Shown here: positions 51,219-62,468 of the stretch, piece after piece
Layout: each line of letters opens with the position of its first letter
Numbering within the stretch: position 1 is the first letter of the stretch
Assembly (NCBI GenBank): GCA_965215885.1
Contig: CBDCEW010000079.1
Span: forward strand, 1 to 64,000
From: Candidatus Moanibacter sp.
Lineage (GTDB): Bacteria > Verrucomicrobiota > Verrucomicrobiia > Opitutales > UBA2987
Direction: 5' to 3'
DNA length: 64,000 nt
Translations under genes and position numbers: made by a program
Notes under the pieces: generated by a model
The model's input: the letters and a program-made list of their open reading frames with translations, nothing else
Told to the model about the DNA's origin: nothing
The model's database searches: none

Positions 51219-54200
51219 ATGCCCCCTCCCAATCGGCGTTACCGGGAGGGATTCACCCAATTCCGTAAATACAATCGCCGGTTTGAGAAACTCAAAAGTC
51301 GGCTCGAACGCAAATTAGCTGCCGGCACCTTTTACCGACTGCCCCCCGGGACCCGGCGCTACCTGATCCGCAGATACCATGCGCTGAAGGCCAAGCTGGA
51401 ACGACTCAGGGTTCTCCTGCTGAAACTTGGTGGAATAGCTGCCCTGAGTCTCGCCTTCGCCGCTTCTCAGACCTATGCCAACGCCCCTAATCCATTGGAG
51501 CTGTCGAGTCTGGACGGGAGCAACGGCTTCGTCATCAATGGCATCGACTCCTTTGATGAATCCGGCCGTTCAGTCAGCAGTGGAGGGGACGTGAACGGCG
51601 ATGGTTTCGACGACCTCATTGTCGGGGCCTATCGTGCCGATCCTGGCGCAATTAGCGGTGCGGGAGAAAGCTACGTGATCTTTGGGAGGGCTGGCGGCTT
51701 CGCGGCGAGCCTCGGATTATCAAGCCTGAATGGGAGCAACGGCTTCGTCAGCAATGGCGTCGCCTCCATTAATTATTCTGGCCGTTCACTCAGCAGTGCA
51801 GGCGATGTGAACGGCGACGGCTTCGACGACCTCGTCATCGGAGCCATTTTTGCCGGCCCCGGCTATAGCCGTGCCGGAGAGAGCTACGTGGTGTTTGGAC
51901 AGGCAGGAGGCTTGGGGACGAGTCTGGAGTTGTCGAGCCTAGACGGGAATAACGGCTTCGTCATCAGAGGCATCGACGTTGATGACTTCTCAGGCAGTTC
52001 GGTCAGCAGTGCGCGTGACGTGAACGGAGATGGCTTCGATGACCTTATAATCGGCGCTCGGGGTGCCGACCCCGGCGCAAATAGCCGGGCGGGAGAAAGC
52101 TACGTGGTGTTTGGACAGGCGGACGGCTTCGGGGCCAACCTGGAGCTGTCGAGTCTGGATGGGAGCAACGGCTTCGTCATCAGAGGCATCGACGTTGATG
52201 ATTATTCTGCCTATTCGGTCAGCAGTGCGGGGGACATAAACGGAGATGGCTTCGACGATCTCATCATCGGCGCTTGGGGTGCCGACCCCGGCGGCAAAAT
52301 TCGTGCGGGAGAAAGCTACGTGGTATTTGGGAAGGAGGGCGGCTTCGAAGCCAGCCTGGGGTTGTCCAGTATCGATGGAAGTAACGGCTTCGTCATTAAC
52401 GGCATCGACTTCAGTGACTTTTCTGGCTTTTCGGTCAGCTGTGCGGGGGACGTGAACGCGGATGGTTTCGACGACCTCATTATCGGAGCGTGGCAGGCCA
52501 ATCCCGGAGGCAACATTGATGCAGGAGAGAGCTACGTGGTGTTTGGGAAGGCGGGCGGCTTCGGGGCGAGCCTAGAGTTGTCCAGTCTGGATGGGAGTAA
52601 CGGCTTCGTCATTAACGGCATCGAACATAATGATTATTCCGGGCATTCGGTCAGCAGTGCGGGGGACATGAACGGAGACGGCTTCGATGACGTCATTATC
52701 GGCGCTTTTGGTGCAGAACCAGGCGGCGTTTTCCGTGAGGGAGAAAGCTACGTGCTGTTTGGGAAGGCGGGCGGCTTTGGGCCGAATCTGGAATTGTCCA
52801 GTATCGATGGAAGCAACGGCTTCGTCATTAACGGCATCGACTGGGATGATCTTTCCGGCTTTTCGGTCAGCTGTGCGGGGGACGTGAATGGGGATGGCTT
52901 CGACGACGTCATTATCGGCGCCTTCGGTGCAGATCCAGGCGGCAACGACCTCGCCGGCGAAAGCTACGTCATCTTCGGCGGGAATTTCACGGGCGGCGCT
53001 GAGACTCAGGTAGGCGACGAGACCGACAATACGCTCACCGGCACCGCAAGCGACGATGTCCTGATCGGCGCTCAGGGTAGCGACACGCTCGTCGGTGCCG
53101 GCGGGGCGGACGTGCTCCGAGGCGGTGAAGGCGACGACGTGCTGGCGATTTCAGACCTGAATTTCCGCAGAATCGTCGGAGGCAATGGCATGGACACTTT
53201 GCGGTTGGACGGGAGTGGCATCACGCTCGATCTGACGACAATTGCCGACAATCGCATCACCGGGGTCGAACTGATCGATATCAGGGGCTCGAGTCCCAAC
53301 ACCATGATTTTGGACCAACAAGAAGTGCTGAATCTCTCTAACGAATCGAATACCCTAATGGTATTGGCTTCGGCGGATGACACGGTGAACATCGGCTCCG
53401 GCTGGACCCTCGATGGCCTCCTATCTGTCGGCGGAACCCTCTTTAGCGTCTACAGGCAAGGTGCGGCAACTCTCATGGTCGCAGGGAAGCTACAGCTAAG
53501 CGATCTTCTCACAGGCGATGGGAGGGTCGGCTTTGTCATAAGCGGCATCAACATTTATGATGGTTCTGGCGATTCGGTGAGCAGTGCCGGAGACGTCAAT
53601 GGTGATGGCTTCGACGACCTTATCGTGGGAGCGCCTTTCGCAAATAGTGCCACAGGCGAAAGCTACGTGGTGTTTGGCAATGCGACCGGCTTTGGGGCCA
53701 ACCTGGAATTATCGAGCCTAAATGGCTCCAACGGGTTCACAATCACCGGAATCGACTCCTACGATCAATCCGGTCGTTCGGTGAGCGGAACTGGTGATTT
53801 GAATGGAGATGGCTTCGACGACCTCATTATTGGCGCCTACGCGGCAGAACCGGGAAACAATAATACTCGTCCGGGGGAGAGTTACGTTCTGTTTGGGAAA
53901 GCAAATGGCTTCTCCACAAACCTCGCTCTTTCGAGCTTGAACGGGAGCAACGGCCTAGTCATCAACGGCGTCGACTCAGGCGATAATTCAGGCCGTTCGG
54001 TCAGCAACGCTGGGGATATAAACGGTGACGGCTTCGATGATTTCATTATCGGTGCTCCTTTTGCCGGTCCCTCTTACGGCGATCCTGATGGCAACGTCCG
54101 AAGCGGAGAAAGCTATGTGGTTTTCGGAAATCCAAACGGTTTTGGAACCAATTTGGAGTTGTCCGATCTGGATGGAACCAACGGCTTCGTTATAAGCGGA

Positions 54201-57200
54201 ATCGACAAGTCCGATTCGTCAGGCCGTTCGGTAAGCAGTGCTGGGGATATAAACGGCGATGGTTTCGACGACCTGATCATCGGTGGTGTCCTTGCTGATA
54301 ACGGCGACGACCAAAGCGTGGGGGAAAGTTACGTCGTCTTTGGAAAAGCTGGCGGCTTCGGCGCCAACCTGGAGTTGTCCAGTCTGGATGGGAGCAATGG
54401 CTTTGTTATGATTGGAATCGACGCCTTTGATCATTCAGGGACTTCGGTCAGCAGCGCGGGAGACGTGAACGGTGATGGGTTTGACGACCTGATCATTGGC
54501 AGTGTCGGGGCCAATCCCAACGGCAACTTTGATGCCGGGGAAAGCTACGTGGTTTTTGGGAAAGCGAGCGGCTTTGCGGCCAGACTGGAGTTGTCAAGTC
54601 TGGGTGCGCCCAACGGCTTCGTTATTAACGGCATTGATGCGGATGATGATTCAGGTTATTCCGTGAGCGGTGCCGGCGATGTGAACGGCGATGGATTTGA
54701 CGATCTGATTATCGGTGCTAAGAGTGCCGACCCTGGCGGCATAAACAGCGGTGATGGAGAAAGCTACGTAGTATTCGGGAAAGCGGGCAGCTTTGGCGCG
54801 AGCCTGGAGTTGTCAAGCTTGGATGGGACCAACGGCTTCGTCATTAATGGAATCAACGCCTTTGACCGTTCAGGGGCTTCAGTCAGCAGCGCAGGAGACG
54901 TAAACGGCGATGGCTTCGACGACCTCATCATAGGGGCCTCTCGTGCCGATCCCAATGGCAATAGTAGCGCTGGGGAAAGCTATGTCATCTTTGGCGGGAA
55001 TTTCACGGGAGGAGCCGAAACCCTGGTGGGCGACGAAGCCGATAATCTACTCGCAGGTTCAGTTGGTGGCGATGTCCTGATCGGAGCGCAAGGTGACGAT
55101 ACTTTGGCAGGAGGTGGCGGAGCTGACGTGCTTCGGGGAGGAGCAGGGAATGACACTCTCGCGGTTTCGGACACAGATTTCCGGAGATTGGTGGGCGGAA
55201 ACGGTTTGGATACTCTACGCGTGGACGGGAGTGACATCGAGTTAGACCTGACCGGAGATTTGAGAAACCGACTCACGGGGATCGAATTGATCGACTTGAA
55301 AGGGGCGGGATCGAATAGCCTGATCATCGACAAGGCCTCGGTGCTTAATCTCTCCAGAGAATCGAACATGCTAACGGTTCTCGCGACCGCGGACGACTCG
55401 ATTGAAATCGGGGTGGGATGGACGTTCGACGGGCTGCACTCGATGGGAGGCATCCTTTTCAGCTCATATATTCAAGGCGCAGCCAAAGTAATGATCGGAG
55501 GACGCGTGCATGTCGCTGACCTGGCGGTAGGCGACGGAAGCGTCGGTTCACTGGCCACCGCAATTTCAGGGGGAGACTTTTTCGCATATGCAGTCAGCGC
55601 CGCTGGTGATGTGAACGGGGACGGATTCGACGACCTTATCATCGGTGCACCAAACGCCGACCCCGGAAGTGCGCCCGAGGCAGGAGTCACATACGTAGTG
55701 TTCGGAAGACCTGACGGTTTTGGCACGAACATGGACATTTCAACCTTGGGTGGTAGCAATGGTTTTGCTATCCATGGAATCGATGCCTACGATATATCCG
55801 GACTCTCTGTAAGTGGTGCGGGAGATGTGAACGGGGATGGCTTTGACGACATTATAATTGGTGCACCTCAGGCCGACTTCGAATCTAACTCACTTGCTGG
55901 AGAATGTTACGTTGTGTTTGGAAAAGCGGACGGATTTCAAGCAACTTTTCAACTGTCCGATCTGGACGGTAGCAGCGGCTTTATCATAGACGATCTAGGA
56001 GGTATTGGCGGCCAATTGTTAGGCTGGTCTGTAAGCGGTGCCGGAGACTTGAACGGTGACGGATTTGACGACGTTATAGTCGGCTCTCTGTTCTCCAGCG
56101 ACAGGAAAACTCAGATAGTCTTCGGTAAAGAAGGAGGATTCGACGCAAACATCCAATTGACGAGTCTCGACGGTGACAATGGCTTCGTTATCGATGGCAC
56201 GCTCCCAACCCACGGCAGGGCTTCTTCCGTTAGCGACGCCGGTGATGTGAATGGAGACGGGTTTGATGATCTGATAATCGGTGCACCATTCTCCGAACCA
56301 ACAGGAATCGATGGAGTGGGAAGCAGCTTCGTGGTGCTCGGGCATGGGAGCGAATTTGGAGCGGATTTGCTGCTGCATCAACTCGACGGCAATAACGGGT
56401 TTGTGTTGAACGGAATTTTCGAGAACAATCATTCTGGAGGCGCCGTGAGTAGTGCAGGCGATGTAAATGGAGACGGAATTAGCGATCTAATAATCTCAGC
56501 GACCTCGGCGGACCCGGGTGGCAGAGATAAAGCCGGGGAAACTTACGTCGTTTTCGGAAGGAGAGAAGGATTTGAGGCCAGTTTCGAACTGGCGAGTCTA
56601 GATGGAAATAACGGCTTCGTGCTCAACGGAGTCGAGGCAGGAGACCTGTCTGGGACATCTGTCGCGGATGCTGGGGATGTGAACGGAGACGGGATTGACG
56701 ATATCATTATCGGAACCTTTACAGCGAGTCCGATTGGCAACAACAGAGAGGAGGAAAGTTACGTTGTCTTCGGTAACGCCGACGGGTTTGGTGCAAGCTT
56801 CGAACTGGCCGACCTGAACGGAACAAACGGCTTCGTTATCAAGGGTATCAACACTGGAGATCGGTTCGGACGCGCAGTCAGCGGTGCGGGAGATGTGAAC
56901 GGGGACGGATTCGACGATCTGATTATCGGAGCTGAAGCGGTAAAGATAGGAGGTGAAGATTTCGGCGGCCAGGCATATTTGATCTACGGAGGGAACCTGA
57001 CCGGTGTCTTACTGACGGCGACCGTCCTCACGATCGGACTCAATGCGGGCGGGCAGTTCGAGATGCAATTTGTTGGTGTATCGGGAGTTGAGTATGTCGT
57101 GGAGAATTCGATTGATCTTATTACATGGACCCCAGTTACAACCATCATCGCTACCGCCAACTCGAGGTATGTAGTGGATGTCGGCGCCGTCGGTGAGACT

Positions 57201-57239
57201 CGCCGATTCTATCGCGTGCGGTCGTTGAATGGAGAGTAG
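51219..57239 (+). CDS. 2006-aa FG-GAP repeat surface protein with RTX-like Ca-binding linkers
   Basis: Three blocks of 7 FG-GAP repeats separated by GGxGxD repeats; C-terminal YVVENSIDL..W...FYRV module. Confidence 0.9.
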   Translation: MPPPNRRYREGFTQFRKYNRRFEKLKSRLERKLAAGTFYRLPPGTRRYLIRRYHALKAKLERLRVLLLKLGGIAALSLAFAASQTYANAPNPLELSSLDGSNGFVINGIDSFDESGRSVSSGGDVNGDGFDDLIVGAYRADPGAISGAGESYVIFGRAGGFAASLGLSSLNGSNGFVSNGVASINYSGRSLSSAGDVNGDGFDDLVIGAIFAGPGYSRAGESYVVFGQAGGLGTSLELSSLDGNNGFVIRGIDVDDFSGSSVSSARDVNGDGFDDLIIGARGADPGANSRAGESYVVFGQADGFGANLELSSLDGSNGFVIRGIDVDDYSAYSVSSAGDINGDGFDDLIIGAWGADPGGKIRAGESYVVFGKEGGFEASLGLSSIDGSNGFVINGIDFSDFSGFSVSCAGDVNADGFDDLIIGAWQANPGGNIDAGESYVVFGKAGGFGASLELSSLDGSNGFVINGIEHNDYSGHSVSSAGDMNGDGFDDVIIGAFGAEPGGVFREGESYVLFGKAGGFGPNLELSSIDGSNGFVINGIDWDDLSGFSVSCAGDVNGDGFDDVIIGAFGADPGGNDLAGESYVIFGGNFTGGAETQVGDETDNTLTGTASDDVLIGAQGSDTLVGAGGADVLRGGEGDDVLAISDLNFRRIVGGNGMDTLRLDGSGITLDLTTIADNRITGVELIDIRGSSPNTMILDQQEVLNLSNESNTLMVLASADDTVNIGSGWTLDGLLSVGGTLFSVYRQGAATLMVAGKLQLSDLLTGDGRVGFVISGINIYDGSGDSVSSAGDVNGDGFDDLIVGAPFANSATGESYVVFGNATGFGANLELSSLNGSNGFTITGIDSYDQSGRSVSGTGDLNGDGFDDLIIGAYAAEPGNNNTRPGESYVLFGKANGFSTNLALSSLNGSNGLVINGVDSGDNSGRSVSNAGDINGDGFDDFIIGAPFAGPSYGDPDGNVRSGESYVVFGNPNGFGTNLELSDLDGTNGFVISGIDKSDSSGRSVSSAGDINGDGFDDLIIGGVLADNGDDQSVGESYVVFGKAGGFGANLELSSLDGSNGFVMIGIDAFDHSGTSVSSAGDVNGDGFDDLIIGSVGANPNGNFDAGESYVVFGKASGFAARLELSSLGAPNGFVINGIDADDDSGYSVSGAGDVNGDGFDDLIIGAKSADPGGINSGDGESYVVFGKAGSFGASLELSSLDGTNGFVINGINAFDRSGASVSSAGDVNGDGFDDLIIGASRADPNGNSSAGESYVIFGGNFTGGAETLVGDEADNLLAGSVGGDVLIGAQGDDTLAGGGGADVLRGGAGNDTLAVSDTDFRRLVGGNGLDTLRVDGSDIELDLTGDLRNRLTGIELIDLKGAGSNSLIIDKASVLNLSRESNMLTVLATADDSIEIGVGWTFDGLHSMGGILFSSYIQGAAKVMIGGRVHVADLAVGDGSVGSLATAISGGDFFAYAVSAAGDVNGDGFDDLIIGAPNADPGSAPEAGVTYVVFGRPDGFGTNMDISTLGGSNGFAIHGIDAYDISGLSVSGAGDVNGDGFDDIIIGAPQADFESNSLAGECYVVFGKADGFQATFQLSDLDGSSGFIIDDLGGIGGQLLGWSVSGAGDLNGDGFDDVIVGSLFSSDRKTQIVFGKEGGFDANIQLTSLDGDNGFVIDGTLPTHGRASSVSDAGDVNGDGFDDLIIGAPFSEPTGIDGVGSSFVVLGHGSEFGADLLLHQLDGNNGFVLNGIFENNHSGGAVSSAGDVNGDGISDLIISATSADPGGRDKAGETYVVFGRREGFEASFELASLDGNNGFVLNGVEAGDLSGTSVADAGDVNGDGIDDIIIGTFTASPIGNNREEESYVVFGNADGFGASFELADLNGTNGFVIKGINTGDRFGRAVSGAGDVNGDGFDDLIIGAEAVKIGGEDFGGQAYLIYGGNLTGVLLTATVLTIGLNAGGQFEMQFVGVSGVEYVVENSIDLITWTPVTTIIATANSRYVVDVGAVGETRRFYRVRSLNGE

Positions 57240-57867
57240 CCACGGATCTCAGCCCAACCCCAAAGCCTGTTTTGTCGAATTGGTTCTGCACAGATGATTG
57301 TGTCAGGTCCGGATCAGGAGTTGACACCAAGTTTCGGGTGTCGAGTGTCACGACCAGACACATCTATCCGTCCCTCCCGTATCTCCGTCCTCCCGCCATA
57401 CAGGGAGGGGTCTCCCTTAGCCCGCATCCTTGCCTAACCACGGTTTTCCTGGAACAGCAGATTCACAATCAAAGGAGGGGAGGGGGGAAACGGAGACGCG
57501 GAGAGAAATTCCCAACGGTTCGACAGGCTCGCCGCAGGCAGGATTCGAGAAAACAACGGATCGATTCGGCTTGCAAAATTGAGTCAGGTTATACGTGTGG
57601 AAAGTGCAAGAAACTCTCACGCAACGGTCTTCGATCCGCAAGCGGCACTACGCCCTGTCGAGAAGTCGCTAAGACGCAAAGGCGGGTGAGGAAACCCTGT
57701 TGTATTGCGCAACAGATCATTGTCGCTCATTCTCTCTGGATTCTTCATCTTTGTCTGAGTTTCTTTTCTTCCATCCGTTGTTTTCTCAAATCCGTTGGGC
57801 ACACTCTCTCTGATTCGCGTCGATACGCGTGATTCGTAGTTTCTCTTAAGACTAAAATCGATCGTTA

Positions 57868-58956
57868 ATGGAAGAGCCCAGCGAAAGAACCCCGCAGGAG
57901 GCGGAGCACAAATTTGAAGCCCTGGCGTCGCGCCAGTTCACTTCGTGGTTACTGGAGCAGCACCTGAGCCTGGCTTTCACGACCTATCAGACCGGCAAGC
58001 TGTTTCTCATCGGTCTGCAGCAGAACGGTCGGCTCAGTATCTCCGAACGGACCTTCTCCCGCTGCATGGGGCTCTGCGCGGCGGACTCAAATACCCTCTA
58101 CATGAGCAGTCTCTACCAGCTCTGGAGGTTCGAAAACGCCATTCCGGAGGGTGAGACAGCCAACGGATATGATCGACTCTATCTACCGCAAATGGCTTAT
58201 ACGACGGGTGATCTCGATGTCCATGATATCGCAATGGATGGCAGGGGCGATCCGGTATTCGTCAATAGCCTTTTCTCATGTCTGGCTAGGCCCAGCGAGT
58301 CGCACAGCTTTGTTCCGATCTGGAAACTGAATTTCATCAGCAAACTCGCCGCTGAAGATCGCTGCCACCTGAATGGCCTGGCGATGGAGGCCGGTAAACC
58401 CCGTTACGTTACTGCCGTATCCACGACCGATGTAAACGAGGGTTGGCGGGAGCATCGCAAGAATGGCGGCGTAGTGATCGACGTGGAAAGCGACGCTATT
58501 GTGGCAGGGGGCCTCTCCATGCCGCATTCTCCCCGTCTCCACCACGGGACGCTTTACCTGCTCAATTCAGGTGTGGGAGAATTCGGGAAAGTGGACCTGA
58601 AATCGGGAATATTCGAGCCGATTGCATTTTGTCCCGGGTATGCGCGAGGACTTGCGATCGCTGGTAATTTCGCCCTCATCGGTCTTTCAAAGATACGGGA
58701 CAACAAGACGTTCGCGGACCTCCCGCTAGGCGCCGCATTGGATGAAAAAGGCGTCGAGGCGCGCTGCGCGCTGCAGGTGGTCGACCTTCGTTCTGGCGAT
58801 TTCGTCCATTCCCTGAATTTTGAGGGGATTGTGAAGGAGCTCTACGACGTCGTGGCATTGCCCGGGGTGATGCGGCCCACCGCTCTCGGGTTCAAAACAG
58901 ATGCAATCCGCCGTACCATCACGATCGGAGATTTTCGATCAATCGAACTGAACTAA
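57868..58956 (+). CDS. TIGR03032/DUF4915 family protein
   Basis: SLAFTTYQTGKL, TGDLDVHD, AEDRCHLNGLA, GLSMPHSPR, FCPGYARGL. Confidence 0.88.
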   Translation: MEEPSERTPQEAEHKFEALASRQFTSWLLEQHLSLAFTTYQTGKLFLIGLQQNGRLSISERTFSRCMGLCAADSNTLYMSSLYQLWRFENAIPEGETANGYDRLYLPQMAYTTGDLDVHDIAMDGRGDPVFVNSLFSCLARPSESHSFVPIWKLNFISKLAAEDRCHLNGLAMEAGKPRYVTAVSTTDVNEGWREHRKNGGVVIDVESDAIVAGGLSMPHSPRLHHGTLYLLNSGVGEFGKVDLKSGIFEPIAFCPGYARGLAIAGNFALIGLSKIRDNKTFADLPLGAALDEKGVEARCALQVVDLRSGDFVHSLNFEGIVKELYDVVALPGVMRPTALGFKTDAIRRTITIGDFRSIELN

Positions 58957-59979
58957 CAATCACGCCCACTAACCAAAAGAGAGAAGGAGTATTCCCATCC
59001 CGGCGCGCCGGGACTCCGCAGTACCACGGATGGGGAGAGGGAGAAGATAACTCCTACTTCCCCGGTAACCTTGCCTGCCTCGGCAAAGCGCAGCGACGAC
59101 GGGTCGACCGCAATACTTTCAATATCAGCCATTGCTACTCCAAAATTTGCTCAATAAACAAGAAACCAAATGATTGTAGCACGGATTGAAGGAAGGATCA
59201 GAAAGGGAAAGTTTTTTCAGAAGTGTTCAATGGAACCGAGATTTCTGCTGTCAGAAAAGTTCCACCCACTCATTCCCCATCCGTGGTACTGCGGAGCCAT
59301 CCATGGGCATACTCTTCCTCTTCCCCCTTTGCGTCTTTGCGTCTTTGCGACAGGGCGTAGTGCCGCTTGCGGGTCGAAGACCGTTGCGTGAGAATTCTTT
59401 CCTCTTTCTCTCCGTTTCCCTCTCACGCGCTGAGCCCCGTCGAAGGGGTTTCCTTCTGTCCAATTCTCTTCACGACTTAAGGACCTACCACTTGCTTGCT
59501 TGCCCGCTAAATACGCGAAAGAACGCGAAATTTAGGAAGGCAGGGATAATACTGGTTAATGCTGGGGTTTATCTGAAACTTGAATGCGAAAATTGCCACA
59601 AGGGCGGCACTTAATATCCATGCAAGCACTCTCAGTCATTCTCTTTGGATTCTTTTCAGTTGTATCGGTCACCTTTCCCCAATCCGCGTTGTTCTCGAAT
59701 CCGCGGAGTCTTCCACTCAAATCTGCGTCCATTCGCGTTCATCTGCGGTTCCTCTCTTTCTCTCGATTTGGTTGCCCGTTCGAGAGCCTCAGGGCCCTGA
59801 GCTGGTCGCAGGGCGGCTACGTCGCGCTAGGCTTCTCTGCCGTCATCGGTGGCCCCTCTTTCGCGCGCTTTCGCGTCTTTAGCGGGCATCCCTCTCCCCC
59901 TTTGCGACTTTGCGTGAGAATTATTTCCTCTTTCTCTCTTCTGCCCTGAGCAAGGTCGAAGGGGTTTCCCTCTGTTTCC

Positions 59980-61482
59980 CTATGCCTCGATCTGCGGCCT
60001 TTCCGGATCCGGCCAGTCGACGTGAAAGAATCTTCCTCTCGGCTGATCGACGCGTTCGTAGGTGTGGGCGCCGAAGTAATCGCGTTGGGACTGCAGAAGA
60101 TTCTGCGGCAGCCGGGCGGTCCGGTAGCCATCGAAATAGGCCAGGGCCGATGAGAAGGTAGGCGTTGGGATTCCGTGTTCAGCGGCCGTGGCCACTACTC
60201 TTCTCCATTTAACCTGAGCCTTTCCAATGGCGTCGGTGAAGTAGGGATCGAGCAGCAGGTTGGCCAGATCCGGATTTCGTGCGTAGGCTTCGGTGATCTT
60301 TTGCAAAAATGCGGCGCGAATAATGCAGCCCCCACGCCAGATCTGCGCGATCTCGCCAAAATACAGCTCCCAATCGTACTCTTTCTGGGCCTCTCGCATG
60401 AGTTGAAAACCCTGTGCGTAAGAGCAGATTTTCGAGCAGTAGAGTGCGTCGTGGATCGCGGCGATAAACTCTTCCTTGTTCCCGGAGAAACTCCCGGAAG
60501 GGCCTTCCAGAATTCTACTCGCCGCGACCCGTTCCTCTTTGATTGCGCTCATGCATCGCGCGAATACGGCTTCCGCAATGGTTGGGGCGCAAATTCCCAT
60601 GTCCAGGGCGCTTGCACTGGTCCACTTTCCGGTTCCCTTCTGCCCCGCCGTATCAAGCACGATATCGACAAACGGCTGGCCCGTCGAAGGATCGCTCTGC
60701 TGAAGGATGTCCGCCGTAATGTGGATGAGAAATGAATCGAGCACCCCCTCGTTCCACGTGGAAAAGACTTTGCCCGCTTCGCCCGCCGTCATTTCGAGCA
60801 TGTGCCGCATCAGGTCGTAGGCTTCGCAGATCATCTGCATATCACCGTACTCAATCCCGTTGTGAATCATCTTCACATAATGCCCGGCTCCATTCTCGCC
60901 GATATAGGTCGAGCAGGGCACCCCACCGACGACCGGCTTTCCCGGCGCCGCGTCCTCCAGCGGCCGCCCCGTATTCTCATCCACTTTGGCGGCTATCGCA
61001 TTCCAGATCGGTTCCAACTCCTTCCATGCCTCGAACTGGCCGCCGGGCATCACGGCCGGTCCGTATCGCGCTCCCTCTTCGCCTCCGGAAACACCCGATC
61101 CGATGAATCGCAACCCCTTCTCGCGAAGTTCCCGTTCTCTTCGAATCGTGTCCGTCCACTTGGAATTGCCGCCGTCGATGATAATATCGTCCTGGTCGAG
61201 TATGGGTACGAGCCCTTCGATCACTGCATCAGTCGGGTCTCCCGCTTTTACCAGGATGATGATCTTACGCGGCTTCGAAATCGACCGCACAAACCCCTCG
61301 AGCGTGGCCTGGCCAACGAGGCCGCCCGGCGTATCCGGATGGCGAACGACGAATTCCTCCATCGTCGCAGTCGTGCGATTGTAGACGGAAATTTGAAACC
61401 CGTGATCGGCGATGTTGAGGGCGAGGTTCTGGCCCATGACGGCAAGACCGATGAGCCCGATATCTGAATGTTCCTTTTCCAT
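59980..61482 (-). CDS. gnd: 6-phosphogluconate dehydrogenase, NADP-dependent
   Basis: [44 protein letters not shown]. Confidence 0.97.
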   Translation of the reverse strand: MEKEHSDIGLIGLAVMGQNLALNIADHGFQISVYNRTTATMEEFVVRHPDTPGGLVGQATLEGFVRSISKPRKIIILVKAGDPTDAVIEGLVPILDQDDIIIDGGNSKWTDTIRRERELREKGLRFIGSGVSGGEEGARYGPAVMPGGQFEAWKELEPIWNAIAAKVDENTGRPLEDAAPGKPVVGGVPCSTYIGENGAGHYVKMIHNGIEYGDMQMICEAYDLMRHMLEMTAGEAGKVFSTWNEGVLDSFLIHITADILQQSDPSTGQPFVDIVLDTAGQKGTGKWTSASALDMGICAPTIAEAVFARCMSAIKEERVAASRILEGPSGSFSGNKEEFIAAIHDALYCSKICSYAQGFQLMREAQKEYDWELYFGEIAQIWRGGCIIRAAFLQKITEAYARNPDLANLLLDPYFTDAIGKAQVKWRRVVATAAEHGIPTPTFSSALAYFDGYRTARLPQNLLQSQRDYFGAHTYERVDQPRGRFFHVDWPDPERPQIEA

Positions 61483-61862
61483 AAGATCTGCGAATAATAA
61501 GCGCCCCTCCCATCTTAGGAAGGAAAAACGTGACCGCTCGTCTCGGGGCCGGTCGCTGCGAATGGGACGAAATGCTCCCGCTTTCCGCTACGCAGACCAC
61601 GGCCAGTCAAGAAGACGGAAAGTCGAAAACTCTGGGGCGAGAATTAAGGTCAGGAAATCTATTCGCCGTAACACGGGGAGGTATGGCAACGGATTAAAGG
61701 ACAGCAACCGATGAGCTGTGGTCAAAGCTTGAGAAACTAAAGAATCAAATTCCCACTTTTTCGAAGTGTTGGGAATCTCCCGTATTGCCGTCCGCCTGGA
61801 TCAGGACGGAATACCGATTAACCGGACTGGAGGTGAATGATACACAACACTGCGACTAACTA

Positions 61863-62468
61863 GACCCCATTCGAAAAGCCTTTCGAGCGGGCGGTTTAAG
61901 GTTCTCCGCCACGGGCGGACCAGCCTATGGCTGGCAGGTTTCGGGTTTTAGGCTGCCGGCGCTGCCGATGAGCAGGTATTGAGCGGCCATCGGCGTGGCT
62001 TGCTGCACAATACGTATATTTGCCGCTGTCTGGAGGCATACTCATCCCGTGGTGCTTTTTTCTCTGAGCTTCAAAGCGGTCAGATTCAGGCTGCCTGTTC
62101 CAGTTCCTCCCCTCGGCGTTTCTTCATCAGTATGATGCGGCAGAAGTTGTAGGCCAGAACCTTCTCGAGCAGTTCATCGCCTACCGCATCGATGCCGCGG
62201 CGGCCGAGTTCGCCAAAGGCAAATCCCATCATTTAATCGCCTTCGGGTCCAGCTTTAATCGCCCTTCGGGTCACGCGCATTATCCTTCTTCCCCGAAGCA
62301 ATTGCTTCGTCCAGAAAATCACGGAAATCCGTGTCTGGAATCGGCAGAATCATGCTAAAAGTCAGGCTAATATCAAATGCCTCGGGGCTTGCCCCGAGGA
62401 TCTTTCTTCGTACATGTTGCAAACAATGTTGATTTTTCTCAATGAGAACTTAATCTTCAGATAAGGTC
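61863..62468 (-). mobile_element. Internally deleted or chimeric IS5/ISNCY-like copy
   Basis: First ~360 bp match the IS right end. The rest interleaves IS fragments with hairpin mini-element motifs and ends GATAAGGTC. No clean 6-bp duplication. Confidence 0.75.

Noticed and set aside
47560..57000. Regular DNA repeats resembling a CRISPR array
   Set aside because: They are in-frame degenerate FG-GAP coding repeats; no cas genes.
59170..59950. Several 70-140-aa ORFs
   Set aside because: Overlapping in all frames, built from repeat motifs, with no recognisable protein features.
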